IMG/VR virus record: IMGVR_UViG_3300021387_001585
Span: 1-64,000 of that record
DNA length: 64,000 bases
Source: a virus
Taxonomy: Duplodnaviria > Caudoviricetes
Reading direction: 5' to 3' (one strand)
Within the stretch, counting starts at the first letter, position 1, and the number at the start of each line of letters is the position of its first letter. Positions 9,858 through 19,958 of the stretch are shown here, piece by piece. The position numbers were made by a program, and so were the translations under genes. Under the pieces are notes generated by a model, which worked only from the letters and a program-made list of their open reading frames with translations, did no database searches and was not told where the DNA came from.

Positions 9858-12800
9858 ATGGAACATCTGTCACTTGAAATATTCGACCTCACCGGCAACG
9901 GCTCAAAGTACGCCATGCTGCCGGAGGACACCAGCATCACCATCACCGACACCAGCGAAGTCTTCGCCTCGGGTGACGTGTGGTCCTATACTTTCACGCT
10001 CAACACCGAAGCCAACACACACATCTTCGGCTCGGCAGGCGAGATGCACGGCGCACGGCTGCACGAGCAGATCAACAAACGCCGCGCCCGTCTGTGGGTG
10101 GAGGGGCTTCCTCTATATCTCGGCTACCTGACACTTGACGACGAGGTGGAAGTGGACGAAGACGGAAATGTGGAAGTGGGTTTTGAAAGCGGCCAGAAGA
10201 CTTTCCAGGAGATGATAGACGGCGCCAAGGCTAACCAGGTGCCGATGATGAGCGACGTGCGGATAGGTGTGGCATTATGGAGGAAGCGAGTTGTCAGATG
10301 CTTCCTGAAGCTAAAGGCACAGGGCGTCTTTTCCAACAAGTATCCGACTGAAGAATGTCCGGTAACAGGTCCGAACGGTGAGGTCTTGGTATTTGACAGC
10401 GACGACGAGCACAACCCTGCTCAGCAATACCCGCGCATGGTATTCCCCAACGGAGAGTTCAAAGTGTTCACTGGTAACACGGATGATTCGGGCACCAGCT
10501 TCACGCCAGACTGCATCAACACCGACGAGCCCTATGCCGAAGACGAGAACGGCACGCCCACCCATCCCTATTGCAACGTCGCCCTGTGCTACCAGAAATA
10601 CAGCTACGACAAGAAGCAACAAGACGGCAGCATTGTTCCCGACTACACCAGCGAACCAGAGGCTGAGCGCGAGTATGAATACATGCCCGCCAACCGATTG
10701 AACTCCGCGCCGAACTTCTTTGTGCTCTACTGGCTGAGGGCACTGATGAAGCACCTGGGCATACATATCGAGGAAAACCAGATGCTGGCCGTGGAAGACC
10801 TGCGCAGGCTTTTCTTCGTCAACACCAACTGCGCCTACAGGGAACCATCGCGCAAATTCGACTACAGCAACCACATCGGATGGTACAAGTTCGGCGACTC
10901 CGGAAGGCTGGTTCCCGAACACTTCGACTACAAGAAAAGCATCGGCATCACGAACGAGGAAAGTTTCTTCGTCAGTCTGGATGGCTTCACGGCAGGCGAA
11001 CCAGAATACGATAGCTTCTATCATCTGACAGCGGACATCCCAGACTTAGAACGCATCAAGGTAAGCATCAAGGAAGTTGACGACCGAAACGCTGCCGGCA
11101 TCAAGCAGACCTACATGAACAACAACAGCTACCTTCATGACGCCTATGCCACCAGCGACTGCTTCCCGGATGCTGACATATCAGACGTGATCAAAGCCAT
11201 CGAGAGCGGGTTCGGCGTCCGCTTCCTATTCTCCGACAACTTCCAGCGCGTCCGCATAGTATTGCTGCGCAACCTATTCCGCAGCGAGGAGGTGCAGAGC
11301 ATAGCATGCGACATTATTTCCGTGACCAAGGAAGAAAACTCCATACGCGGGTTCCGCATGACTTACGACGGAGGAACGGAGGACACCCACTTCTACTACA
11401 AAGGATTTGCCGACATGCTCCCTCACAAAAAGGAACTATGGGTAGACACGTCGGACGACCACGATTATTCGAAATGGAACCTGAACGCGGACTACGCCAA
11501 CATCATCCACAAGGTGTCTGCGTTCGACAAGACCTGCTACGTGACGCCCGTCACGGGTAACGCCTACGGCATCAAGGTAGACAAAGACGCCAAGCGCTAT
11601 GACGAACTGCACCCTTCGCTCTTTGAGTTCGCCGGGTTTATGGATGCAGAAGACGGCGACTGCACGGGAGAGGAGAACACCATTGAGACTATCAACGTCG
11701 GCTTTACGCCCGCCATCATGAACGACCTGAACATGAAAGACGAGCGAGAAGGTGATGCGAGACAGCGCTTCGCCCTGTTTGTCGACGAAAAGATGCGCCC
11801 GAGAAGACCCGACCTCCATGACGGCGACTACAACTCTCCCGACGTTTTCTATGACGTAGAAGGAAAACTGTATGCCAAGGAAGGCAAGCGCTACGTCTAT
11901 GAGAACATGATGAGCGAGGGGTTTGTGAAGCCCGGCGAATTTGCCATCAAGTCAGACATCTACGCCAGTGCCCAGAACCTTACAGCCAAGTTGATCGTGA
12001 AGGTCAATGGCACGGACCTGGATTTGCGGACATGCGAAGTACCAGTTTCCATTCCTGTCACCTTCGATATTGACGGACATATCAACGAAGGCTACCGCCT
12101 CTACCTGCAAGACAACTTCGAGCCCAACGACGACGGTGTGTCGCCCATCGAGACGCACGACTGGGGTCTGACGCTCGGCATCATGCGAGGAAGCGGCAGC
12201 GATGCCTACGTGGACTACAGTGCCGACCCTGACGACCAGGAAGGTAACGACACGTGGGAGATTGCTCCCGGCAGCAGCGTGACGGCACACCCAGATACCT
12301 GCGACAGCTACGGTGAGGAATGGGACTACAACGGCAGCATCCGGGTAACACAAAACCAGGCTAAGGCGAAACTGCAAGAAATGTTCCCGGACAGTGATGC
12401 TCCCTTCGTTGACAGCGAATTAGGTTTCATCACCAAGACGATGACGTTCAACGTGCGCGATAATTCCGGCAACCTGAGAACAGTACTGATTGCCAGTGCC
12501 TACAGCAAGGCGGGAACGACCGTTACCGGTGGTGCAGGCGACATCAGGTATTTCGTGACGCGCACGCTTGAAGAGCTACAGGAAATCAGCCGTTCAGGCA
12601 GACACATGCTTGTAGAGGTAGACAGCAGTGAGGAGCGAGGGAAAACCCTTGTACAGCTTTGCAAGATGGCTGCAGTGCCCAGTCACGGATGGATGGTTGT
12701 AGACAACGGTGTGGGTTCTCGCTATGGCCGCTTCTCGCTGAAGCTCAGGGCAGAGAAGCCGAATCCAGAGTATAATCCGCAAGAAGCACCGAGCAGCTAC

Positions 12801-13064
12801 AACCGTCGCTACCTTGCCATCGGCAACGAGAATCTGCGTCGTCGCGGACTTGCCGACCAGTTCTACCAAGAGTATTCCTATTGGGTGCGCAATGCCCGTG
12901 TCGCAAAAATGACCGTTCGTATGGAACTGGCACAACTGCTGGCCATCGACAAGACGAAGCAAGCGACCTTCGGCGACATCACCGGTTTTATCAGGAAGCT
13001 GCAATATTCCGTCAACAACAAGACTGGACTGAGCATGGTCACGGTTGAGATGTTGTATATTTGA
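9858..13064 (+). CDS. large virion tail or baseplate hub-like protein
   Basis: 1068 aa; N-terminal WSYTFTL..N pattern like Bacteroidetes phage tail proteins; structural-module context. Confidence 0.55.
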   Translation: MEHLSLEIFDLTGNGSKYAMLPEDTSITITDTSEVFASGDVWSYTFTLNTEANTHIFGSAGEMHGARLHEQINKRRARLWVEGLPLYLGYLTLDDEVEVDEDGNVEVGFESGQKTFQEMIDGAKANQVPMMSDVRIGVALWRKRVVRCFLKLKAQGVFSNKYPTEECPVTGPNGEVLVFDSDDEHNPAQQYPRMVFPNGEFKVFTGNTDDSGTSFTPDCINTDEPYAEDENGTPTHPYCNVALCYQKYSYDKKQQDGSIVPDYTSEPEAEREYEYMPANRLNSAPNFFVLYWLRALMKHLGIHIEENQMLAVEDLRRLFFVNTNCAYREPSRKFDYSNHIGWYKFGDSGRLVPEHFDYKKSIGITNEESFFVSLDGFTAGEPEYDSFYHLTADIPDLERIKVSIKEVDDRNAAGIKQTYMNNNSYLHDAYATSDCFPDADISDVIKAIESGFGVRFLFSDNFQRVRIVLLRNLFRSEEVQSIACDIISVTKEENSIRGFRMTYDGGTEDTHFYYKGFADMLPHKKELWVDTSDDHDYSKWNLNADYANIIHKVSAFDKTCYVTPVTGNAYGIKVDKDAKRYDELHPSLFEFAGFMDAEDGDCTGEENTIETINVGFTPAIMNDLNMKDEREGDARQRFALFVDEKMRPRRPDLHDGDYNSPDVFYDVEGKLYAKEGKRYVYENMMSEGFVKPGEFAIKSDIYASAQNLTAKLIVKVNGTDLDLRTCEVPVSIPVTFDIDGHINEGYRLYLQDNFEPNDDGVSPIETHDWGLTLGIMRGSGSDAYVDYSADPDDQEGNDTWEIAPGSSVTAHPDTCDSYGEEWDYNGSIRVTQNQAKAKLQEMFPDSDAPFVDSELGFITKTMTFNVRDNSGNLRTVLIASAYSKAGTTVTGGAGDIRYFVTRTLEELQEISRSGRHMLVEVDSSEERGKTLVQLCKMAAVPSHGWMVVDNGVGSRYGRFSLKLRAEKPNPEYNPQEAPSSYNRRYLAIGNENLRRRGLADQFYQEYSYWVRNARVAKMTVRMELAQLLAIDKTKQATFGDITGFIRKLQYSVNNKTGLSMVTVEMLYI

Positions 13065-13091
13065 GTTGAGAGTTTAGAGTTTAGAGAAGAT

Positions 13092-14234
13092 ATGGCAGTA
13101 ACAGTATCAGGAATGTTTGGCAATGGCAAGACATACTTTGCCGGCAGTCCAGTAGTGATAGATATCAGCGGTCTTGAATGGGCCGACAGCAGCGGTGTTG
13201 TCGCATCGCCATTTACCATTGTTCGTGTGAATGTGATTTATAACGGTGCAGTGGTAGGCAAGTTCCATGCCGACACAGGCGGCCAGACCAGCATCAGTTT
13301 TGACATCAGTTCCGCACTGCGAGCCATCTGGAGCGACTTCGACTACACGGAAGAAGTAGCGTCGGCCAATCAGGCTGCAGCGGCCACGTCTGGCAATGAC
13401 GGCTTCAAGCCGGGAACCGACGGGATTTACCAAGGAGGTGTGCGCCGCTACCGAGCCTACTCGCTCGACATCTACACGGAATACCTCGACAGCCAGGACG
13501 GAGAGTTTGTCACCACCTACAGCGGCAGGATCACCGGTGGCCAATGCGCCATTGGAGGACTGACGGAGTGGGAGCGCCGCATGGCCATCATCGACGTGGG
13601 CGACAAGCGGAATGCCGATGTGTCATACAGAGAGCACAACAACCTGCGCAATGGCGATGCCAGCACCAAGCCTACTTCCTCGCCGGAGAGAGTGGGAAAA
13701 GACAGCATCACGTCGTGGGTGGACGTGACGAGCCAGGGAACGGAAAGCGTGTTCTATCCTGCAAGTGCAGCGAGTGGTGCCGGTGCCGTCGACAGTCAGT
13801 TGGCACACGCCCCGATTGTGCTGCGCGACGACCAGCGATATGTTGACTTCCTGTTTGTAAACCGGCGCGGAGCCGTGGAAACATGCAGCGCACAGACGTT
13901 GGAGGGAATGGAGATTGACGTGGAGACACAACAATACAGCCGCGTGGAACGTCCGACATTCAACCAATCGCGCACTATCATGGCCATCAGCAAAGGCGGC
14001 CGCCGGTCGTGGAGCATGTCGAGCGGACATCAGACACGCGACTGGGCAGAGTGGTGGACGATGGAATTTCTGCGAGCTCGTCAATGGTGGATGCGCTATC
14101 CAGTCGGCAAAGCGACGGGTGTTTTCGTACCGGTCACCGTTGAGCCTGCCAAGAAGAGCATCGGTATCTATGACAGGAGCAAGCAGGAGATGCCCAGCGT
14201 GGAGTTTACGGTGACGCTGGCGTTGGAGGGGTGA
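13092..14234 (+). CDS. virion structural protein
   Basis: FDISSAL and FLFVNRRGAVET motifs seen in Bacteroidetes phage tail proteins. Confidence 0.55.
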   Translation: MAVTVSGMFGNGKTYFAGSPVVIDISGLEWADSSGVVASPFTIVRVNVIYNGAVVGKFHADTGGQTSISFDISSALRAIWSDFDYTEEVASANQAAAATSGNDGFKPGTDGIYQGGVRRYRAYSLDIYTEYLDSQDGEFVTTYSGRITGGQCAIGGLTEWERRMAIIDVGDKRNADVSYREHNNLRNGDASTKPTSSPERVGKDSITSWVDVTSQGTESVFYPASAASGAGAVDSQLAHAPIVLRDDQRYVDFLFVNRRGAVETCSAQTLEGMEIDVETQQYSRVERPTFNQSRTIMAISKGGRRSWSMSSGHQTRDWAEWWTMEFLRARQWWMRYPVGKATGVFVPVTVEPAKKSIGIYDRSKQEMPSVEFTVTLALEG

Positions 14235-14354
14235 AAGGTAAAAAGGTGAAGGGTGAAGGATGAAGGTAAAAGGGGAAAAGACGGGTGGGGATTGTCGCCC
14301 TTGACAAAAAGGGTCAAGGAAGCGATATTACGGATGTAAATTTAAGGACAACAA

Positions 14355-14816
14355 ATGGAAACGATGACAGAAATTATCCAAGTGATAATCGGAGTGATTG
14401 CCGGTGGGGGTCTGACAAGTCTCTTTGCGTGGCGGGCGAACAAACGGAAAGCGAACGGAGAGGCCACTCAGACCGAGGCTGACGCTATGAAATCCGTGCA
14501 GGACGTGTATCAACAGACTATCAGCGACCTGCAAGAGTATAACAAGCAGCTGCGCTCAGACCGCGACCACCTTCGCCAAGACCGCAATGAGATGCGGCGC
14601 GAGAACGACGAACTGCGCAAGCGGCAAAACGAACTCGACGAAAAAGTACGGCAGCTGGAAAACGACGTTGCACGCAACGGCAGGATTCTTGAAATGCTCC
14701 GCCCTTTTCTATGCGGACGCGTGAACTGCCCGAACCGCACGATGGTAGACCTGGGAGGCAGTGACGTCAACACACCGGCAAACAGCAAGGTGAAAGAAAA
14801 AGTAGCAAAAAAATAA
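14355..14816 (+). CDS. holin-like membrane protein with coiled coil
   Basis: N-terminal TM helix (IIQVIIGVIAGGGLTSLFAW), coiled coil, C-terminal CxxxxC. Confidence 0.55.
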   Translation: METMTEIIQVIIGVIAGGGLTSLFAWRANKRKANGEATQTEADAMKSVQDVYQQTISDLQEYNKQLRSDRDHLRQDRNEMRRENDELRKRQNELDEKVRQLENDVARNGRILEMLRPFLCGRVNCPNRTMVDLGGSDVNTPANSKVKEKVAKK

Positions 14817-14923
14817 GACAGGTTTTTTCGTTAGTTATAGTTATTAGGTTTTTAGTTATGATGTAAAATTTTAGGGAACTATATACCTGTTGACTCCAAA
14901 AAATAATAGATAAAAATACAAAT

Positions 14924-15247
14924 ATGAAAAAAGGAATTGAACTAATTGCTGAAGAACGTCAGAGACAAATTGAAATTGAAGGTTATAGTGCACAACATGA
15001 CTCACAGCACAATGCAAGTGAGTTAATCTATGCTGCTATTGCATATATTGAATCTGCAAAAGTTGGTGTGAACTGTGCTGAAATGGGTAACACCAATGAG
15101 CATGAAATTATGAGAAGAAAAACAGAAATGGGAAGATACTATCCATTTGGATGGTCGTTCAAACCTTCAACTGATATTCGTGACTTGGTTAAGGCAGGTG
15201 CGTTGATTGCTGCTGCGATTGATAGGTTAGAGTCAACAGGTATATAA
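14924..15247 (+). CDS. conserved phage hypothetical protein (low GC)
   Basis: ERQRQIE..G..HD and RDLVKAGALIAAAIDRL motifs of a common phage family. Confidence 0.65.
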   Translation: MKKGIELIAEERQRQIEIEGYSAQHDSQHNASELIYAAIAYIESAKVGVNCAEMGNTNEHEIMRRKTEMGRYYPFGWSFKPSTDIRDLVKAGALIAAAIDRLESTGI

Positions 15248-15267
15248 TCCCCAAATTTTAAAGTGTG

Positions 15268-15302
15268 AAAGGCCACTGTCCGCGATGGATAGTGGCCTTT
15301 TT
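15268..15302. terminator. intrinsic terminator between convergent genes
   Basis: AAAGGCCACTGTCC-GCGAT-GGATAGTGGCCTTTTT hairpin with T tract. Confidence 0.75.
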
Positions 15303-15307
15303 AATTG

Positions 15308-15628
15308 CTAATCAAAACCGAAGACTCGATCCAATTCTTCTGCCTGTTCATCGGGTGGGCTGTCGCATGTGCCGGCGGGCGGCTCTACCTGCATCAGCAA
15401 GTACGTGGGCAACCATGCCTCGTCGGGTTTCCCGCCTGGAGTGTCATAAAAACGGAGAAGGAAGAAGTCGTGCCGTTCTCCGACGCATTCCCCGACACGA
15501 CCACGCCATCGGTCTACGAGCCGCTGCAGAGCCTGTTCGAACTCACGTCGCGACTCCCATCCGTGAATAAGATAGTCACGGACGGGCGCGTCGCCAATAT
15601 TGGATTTCACCTGATAGAAATTACTCAT
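15308..15628 (-). CDS. hypothetical protein
   Basis: Last ORF of the leftward operon. Confidence 0.6.
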   Translation of the reverse strand: MSNFYQVKSNIGDAPVRDYLIHGWESRREFEQALQRLVDRWRGRVGECVGERHDFFLLRFYDTPGGKPDEAWLPTYLLMQVEPPAGTCDSPPDEQAEELDRVFGFD

Positions 15629-15641
15629 TATGCTGACAGGT

Positions 15642-16067
15642 TCATCTTATGAGCCCTGCTTTAAATAAATCACGACGTAGTGTCGCGTAAAGGGCATACT
15701 TGTCTGTGGCATTGAGAATCTTCACTTCATTCAACGAGTAACATGTCAAGCAATACTCTCGCTTCTTCATTGTGGGCCTTCCTCCCTTCGGGACTGGGGC
15801 ATAAAGATTGTCACGCGACGGGTCGCGGTAAAAGCCGTAGCTCTCGGTAAGCAATTCATCGGGGATTTCCATCGTCACGCACCAATCGGGATACGTGCAG
15901 CCGCTCAGCCAGTGTATAGCTTCGTCAGGGTTCTCTACAAAGAAGCAGAAGCCAACGGAGTTTGTCTTTGCCTTACTCTCCTTATGGTGGTCGGTGGCGT
16001 TCATCAACTTAGCGCCACTCTTCAGACACTCGTATTCGGCGTCCGACATAAAACGGTGTACTATCAT
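15642..16067 (-). CDS. hypothetical protein
   Basis: ORF with ATGA overlap to the upstream gene. Confidence 0.65.
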   Translation of the reverse strand: MIVHRFMSDAEYECLKSGAKLMNATDHHKESKAKTNSVGFCFFVENPDEAIHWLSGCTYPDWCVTMEIPDELLTESYGFYRDPSRDNLYAPVPKGGRPTMKKREYCLTCYSLNEVKILNATDKYALYATLRRDLFKAGLIR

Positions 16068-16459
16068 GCTTGTTTCTTTTTCGTGTAACTAATGACTTCG
16101 ATACTATCCGTATTGCGCCAGAGATTCTGCCACCTGCGGTTCTGGGTGAGGAGTAGCGTGTAGATCAGGTCGTGCGGATACTCGGCTTCGACCACATGGA
16201 GGGCGAAGGGATGCTTCAAGTACTGTGGACCCTCCTGACTTCTCCATCCGGCGTAGGCACGGATGCGGATGACCGTGTCAGGTATAGCCTTCCGGAACTG
16301 CTCTTGCGGATTGTCGCCTTCGGACATAGCATGCAGAGCCGGTTGGGTGACGTAGGCTTCGTGTTTCTCGGGCATCACTTCGAGGAAGCCTTTCTCTTCG
16401 TAGGTACGCAGCATCTCGAAGTAGTCAAGCCACGGCTGCAGGTCAGTTTTCTTTGTCAT
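16064..16459 (-). CDS. hypothetical protein
   Basis: Operon ORF. Confidence 0.6.
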   Translation of the reverse strand: MTKKTDLQPWLDYFEMLRTYEEKGFLEVMPEKHEAYVTQPALHAMSEGDNPQEQFRKAIPDTVIRIRAYAGWRSQEGPQYLKHPFALHVVEAEYPHDLIYTLLLTQNRRWQNLWRNTDSIEVISYTKKKQA

Positions 16460-16622
16460 TGTCGTGTGATTTAATGTGATTACCGAATGCCACGAGCGTG
16501 AACAGCTGAACTACCAGCAGCACGCAGAGCGTTACCTTGTCGGGCAACAGCCACACCAGACCGGCGCATACTGCCACGATGAGCAGCAGCACCAAAAGAT
16601 TAGAAATAATGATTTTTTTCAT
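16443..16622 (-). CDS. small two-TM membrane protein (MKKIIISNLLVLLL...)
   Basis: Translated by hand, 59 aa, hydrophobic. Confidence 0.5.
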   Translation of the reverse strand: MKKIIISNLLVLLLIVAVCAGLVWLLPDKVTLCVLLVVQLFTLVAFGNHIKSHDNDKEN

Positions 16623-16770
16623 TGTTGTTTGTTTTTTTGGGGGTTTACTTCTTTCGGCGTGATTCTAACCACTCTTCAAATGTCGTTGAAGACACTATCC
16701 CACGGTCGGATTCTAAAGCCTTGTAGTGGATATACTCGCGGTAGAGCGAATTATCTGGGTCGGCCATGGG

Positions 16771-17103
16771 TCAGTCCTCCCTAACAATTATAATTTTTAC
16801 TTTGTCACCAACATCGAGTGTGTTGTGTTGGAGAAACAACATTCCTGCTGATGAGTCAATAGTAGAGCCACATGCCGCTCCATTAGATATGCAAATGCCA
16901 TCCACAGCATTCCCAGTCATCCGATTAAGCATCATTTGTGCGCCGTCCCTTATTCCTCTCTCGTAAAAGTTCAGCACAATATCAGTAAACTTCCTGTCAT
17001 CGACAAAACCAGGAATCATCTTTTCTAATTCTTCCCTCTTGCTTTTGGCAAAGTTTTCAACGACTTCATTCTTCTTTGCTGAAGAAATAAAAACATTGTT
17101 CAT
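16771..17103 (-). CDS. hypothetical protein (low GC)
   Basis: ATG at 17103; C-terminal GDKVKIIIVRED motif common in Prevotella phages. Confidence 0.55.
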   Translation of the reverse strand: MNNVFISSAKKNEVVENFAKSKREELEKMIPGFVDDRKFTDIVLNFYERGIRDGAQMMLNRMTGNAVDGICISNGAACGSTIDSSAGMLFLQHNTLDVGDKVKIIIVRED

Positions 17104-17107
17104 TTGG

Positions 17108-17881
17108 TCAGTCCTCCTTCCTGATTGTGTCAAACACTTCGCCTGCGATGTACTCCACCCTGCTGCCAGGCTTCACCTCGGGAAACAGCAGCGGGTTCAG
17201 CTCCACTTGGTTCGGGCTGCGGAAGTCGTGGTTGTCGCCCCAATGCGGATAGGCAAAGTGCAGGAGCAACTTGCCGTCACCGTCGCGGCTGACGTACAGC
17301 TCCGTCTTGTGGCCGGGGTCGTAGCGGAACTCGTTGCAGGCATCGGCCAGTTCGTTGCCGTCGGGACAGAAGCGGCGCAGCATCGCCATCGTCAGCCCCG
17401 CCGACATGCCGCTGTGACCGGCATCGTTGAAAATCTTGTAAGCCTTGCGCAGTCGCTCTATGCGGCTCAGCGTCTCGTCGCGCATCACCCTGGCGCAGTC
17501 GAGCACCTGGTCAAGCTCCATGCCACGGTAGAGGTCGCCGAGACGGATGGGCACTATCTCGTCCCAATACTCCAGTTCGCTCTCGATGACCACGCCGCGA
17601 GCCACCTTGCGGTAGTGTTCTGTCAGTTCGGGGATGCGGGCCTCGTGCGCCTTTCGCTTGGCCTCGTAGTCCTCCTGCCACTTCCTCACATACTCGTCGT
17701 GTTCGGCCTTCGTCTTGCCCGTGATGCGCAGATAGGCATCATCGTCGGTATCGGTCGAAAGCAGATACTTGTCGTTGAACACGGCCTTCAACACCTCGCC
17801 GCTCTCGTCGTTAGCGGCCATTTCCCTTAAACTCTTCAGGCAGCTGTCAATCGTGCCGCCATACAATGTTATTTCTTTCAT
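17108..17881 (-). CDS. hypothetical protein
   Basis: 257-aa ORF; GHSGMS motif. Confidence 0.7.
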   Translation of the reverse strand: MKEITLYGGTIDSCLKSLREMAANDESGEVLKAVFNDKYLLSTDTDDDAYLRITGKTKAEHDEYVRKWQEDYEAKRKAHEARIPELTEHYRKVARGVVIESELEYWDEIVPIRLGDLYRGMELDQVLDCARVMRDETLSRIERLRKAYKIFNDAGHSGMSAGLTMAMLRRFCPDGNELADACNEFRYDPGHKTELYVSRDGDGKLLLHFAYPHWGDNHDFRSPNQVELNPLLFPEVKPGSRVEYIAGEVFDTIRKED

Positions 17882-18191
17882 AATCGCTTCTTTTTAAATG
17901 TTTAGATTATACAAATTTGATTCAAATTATTCAATGATGTGGGCCGAAGTAGCACTGTCTGCAGCGGTTGCACCTGCGCTTCTCAGATTTTAGATGACAC
18001 TCGTAGCCGTAGGCGTAATGCAAGCCAAAACCTTTCTTGTCTGTCTTGTGGCAATACTTACAGTCCTTGATGATGTCCTCCTTGCCGAAAGACACATACA
18101 CTCCGCAATTTTCGTCCATACACTCAGTCCTCCTTCATAGCATTCAATTCTGGTTTCTCCATCGTGCGCCACCATAGATGGTTTCTATTAA

Positions 18192-18494
18192 CTACCAGAT
18201 TTCCATTTCTGGTTGTGAGGTGGGGGAGGGTTGTTGTGACGAGGTCACGATATACGGGACGTCGGGCTCATCTTCCCAACGGCGGTGAGAGAGGTAGCCC
18301 TGCGCGTACATCATGGCGATGCCGCGCTGCTGGCAGTCGGCGCGGTAGGCCGGCACCCCTTTGAGTGCGGCCCGCCGGTCTTTTGCTGAGAGCCTGTTCC
18401 AGGCACGCTCGGCAGCCATGCGGTCACGCTTCAGGCCGTAGGCATTCCAGAACGTCTGGAAGTCGGGTGTGGGAGTGGAAGCACGTTGTGTCAT
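18192..18494 (-). CDS. phage replication-protein C-terminal-like domain protein
   Basis: FQTFWNAY...AERAWNRLS...YLSHRRWEDE motif. Confidence 0.55.
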   Translation of the reverse strand: MTQRASTPTPDFQTFWNAYGLKRDRMAAERAWNRLSAKDRRAALKGVPAYRADCQQRGIAMMYAQGYLSHRRWEDEPDVPYIVTSSQQPSPTSQPEMEIW

Positions 18495-18736
18495 AAGCTA
18501 TCCTCCTTATGCTCTTTATCCGTGAGGATGCACCACGTGCCATCGTAGTTCTCGCACAGCCAGTCGGAAGGACTGGCGACAAAGAGTCCTACCTGTGGCT
18601 TCAGGCAGTTGATGTCTATTTCAACTTTGAAAGACGAGTCCTCAGTCTTCCAAATCGAGCGGACGCATGGCAGTCGGAAAATGTCGGCGATGTTTTTGTC
18701 GTCGACCTGAATTGTTTGTTTGAAGTTCTGTTTCAT
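18491..18736 (-). CDS. hypothetical protein
   Basis: Overlapping operon ORF. Confidence 0.55.
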   Translation of the reverse strand: MKQNFKQTIQVDDKNIADIFRLPCVRSIWKTEDSSFKVEIDINCLKPQVGLFVASPSDWLCENYDGTWCILTDKEHKEDSL

Positions 18737-18908
18737 GTTATTGAAAATTTGTAAAAACTTTAATTCCCATTCCTACAATAAAGCAGACTACAGCCATACT
18801 AAGCCACCCCAGATAGGGTGATTGCTGAAAGGCCAAATATATCAGCATGCCTGAAATTATTAACAGACACAGTGCTAACAGTATATTCGCTACGTATTTC
18901 ATCATAAC

Positions 18909-19391
18909 TTATTCTCCTTTCTGTGCTAATCCCAATTCAAAGAAATGACGAGCAATTTCAATAAAAGAGTCAATATGTAAACAGGCAATAGTGTCATTCG
19001 GATTTGCTGCGCATCTTCCCCACATTTCAGTCACTCTCATATCAAACGTCTTCAAGTCCACCTCTTTCACCCCAATGGGGCAATCGACTTCTATTTCTGT
19101 GATGTCCCTGCCATAAGCATCCTCGTTACCTTCAAACTGCTTGCAGTACTCCTCTGCTTCTTTCTCACTAAAGAATGCCTTCTCTACATAGTCGGAATGC
19201 TCCTCGCATCTTGTGACAACATAGAGTTTCTTTTTCTGGAACTCTTTCACTTCAAGAGTGTCGAGGAAATCTAACAAATCTTCATACATATAAGTCGAAG
19301 AAACCCAGCACCCACTTTTCATTTGGAAGTCACGCTCTTCGATTCTTTTCTTTATCTCCGCCACTATAGCGTCTTTGTCTATCAGTTTCAT
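18909..19391 (-). CDS. hypothetical protein (low GC)
   Basis: MKLIDKDAIVAEI and IARHFFELG motifs. Confidence 0.6.
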   Translation of the reverse strand: MKLIDKDAIVAEIKKRIEERDFQMKSGCWVSSTYMYEDLLDFLDTLEVKEFQKKKLYVVTRCEEHSDYVEKAFFSEKEAEEYCKQFEGNEDAYGRDITEIEVDCPIGVKEVDLKTFDMRVTEMWGRCAANPNDTIACLHIDSFIEIARHFFELGLAQKGE

Positions 19392-19402
19392 AATTATTAC
19401 TT

Positions 19403-19609
19403 CTAATCATCAATTAAATCAAGAAATGCACAACAGGATGCTTCACAACTAAATGTGTCGGAATCCAAATCATGTCTTTGCCTATAAATCGAAAGTTCTT
19501 CTAATACCTCGTGAGCAAGGTCTGCTGCCTGTCTAATAACATCGTCTACATCAAGTCCGTCAAGTGTAGCAATAACAGATGTAGTAGTTGTAACTTTTAA
19601 CTGTTTCAT
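19403..19609 (-). CDS. hypothetical protein
   Basis: Operon ORF. Confidence 0.5.
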   Translation of the reverse strand: MKQLKVTTTTSVIATLDGLDVDDVIRQAADLAHEVLEELSIYRQRHDLDSDTFSCEASCCAFLDLIDD

Positions 19610-19635
19610 AACTTTATTCTCCTTCCATGTGTTAT

Positions 19636-19800
19636 CTATTCGTCAAGCGGATGTTCCGCGCCGTTAAACAGCCAGTCGAGCGTTGCCTTGATTCCTTGCT
19701 CATAGGTCATTCCTCTATAAGCACTTTCATTCCTGTTCTCCGACTCCACACAACGGTCGAACAGATCATCAATCTCTGCCTGTGTCTTTTCTGTTGTCAT
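19636..19800 (-). CDS. hypothetical protein
   Basis: Likely start MTTEK; YRGMTYEQGI motif. Confidence 0.55.
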   Translation of the reverse strand: MTTEKTQAEIDDLFDRCVESENRNESAYRGMTYEQGIKATLDWLFNGAEHPLDE

Positions 19801-19958
19801 AATTTTATTTTTTATTACGTGAACATTTTGGGCAATAATGAACGTGAAGGCCATCGCCAAACGTCCATCCTTTTGGTAATGGCTGTTCTTGGTCCAACAC
19901 TTCCGTCAGTGCGCCACAGTTGTCACATCCGTATTGTACTAAGTTGTATTCCATAACT

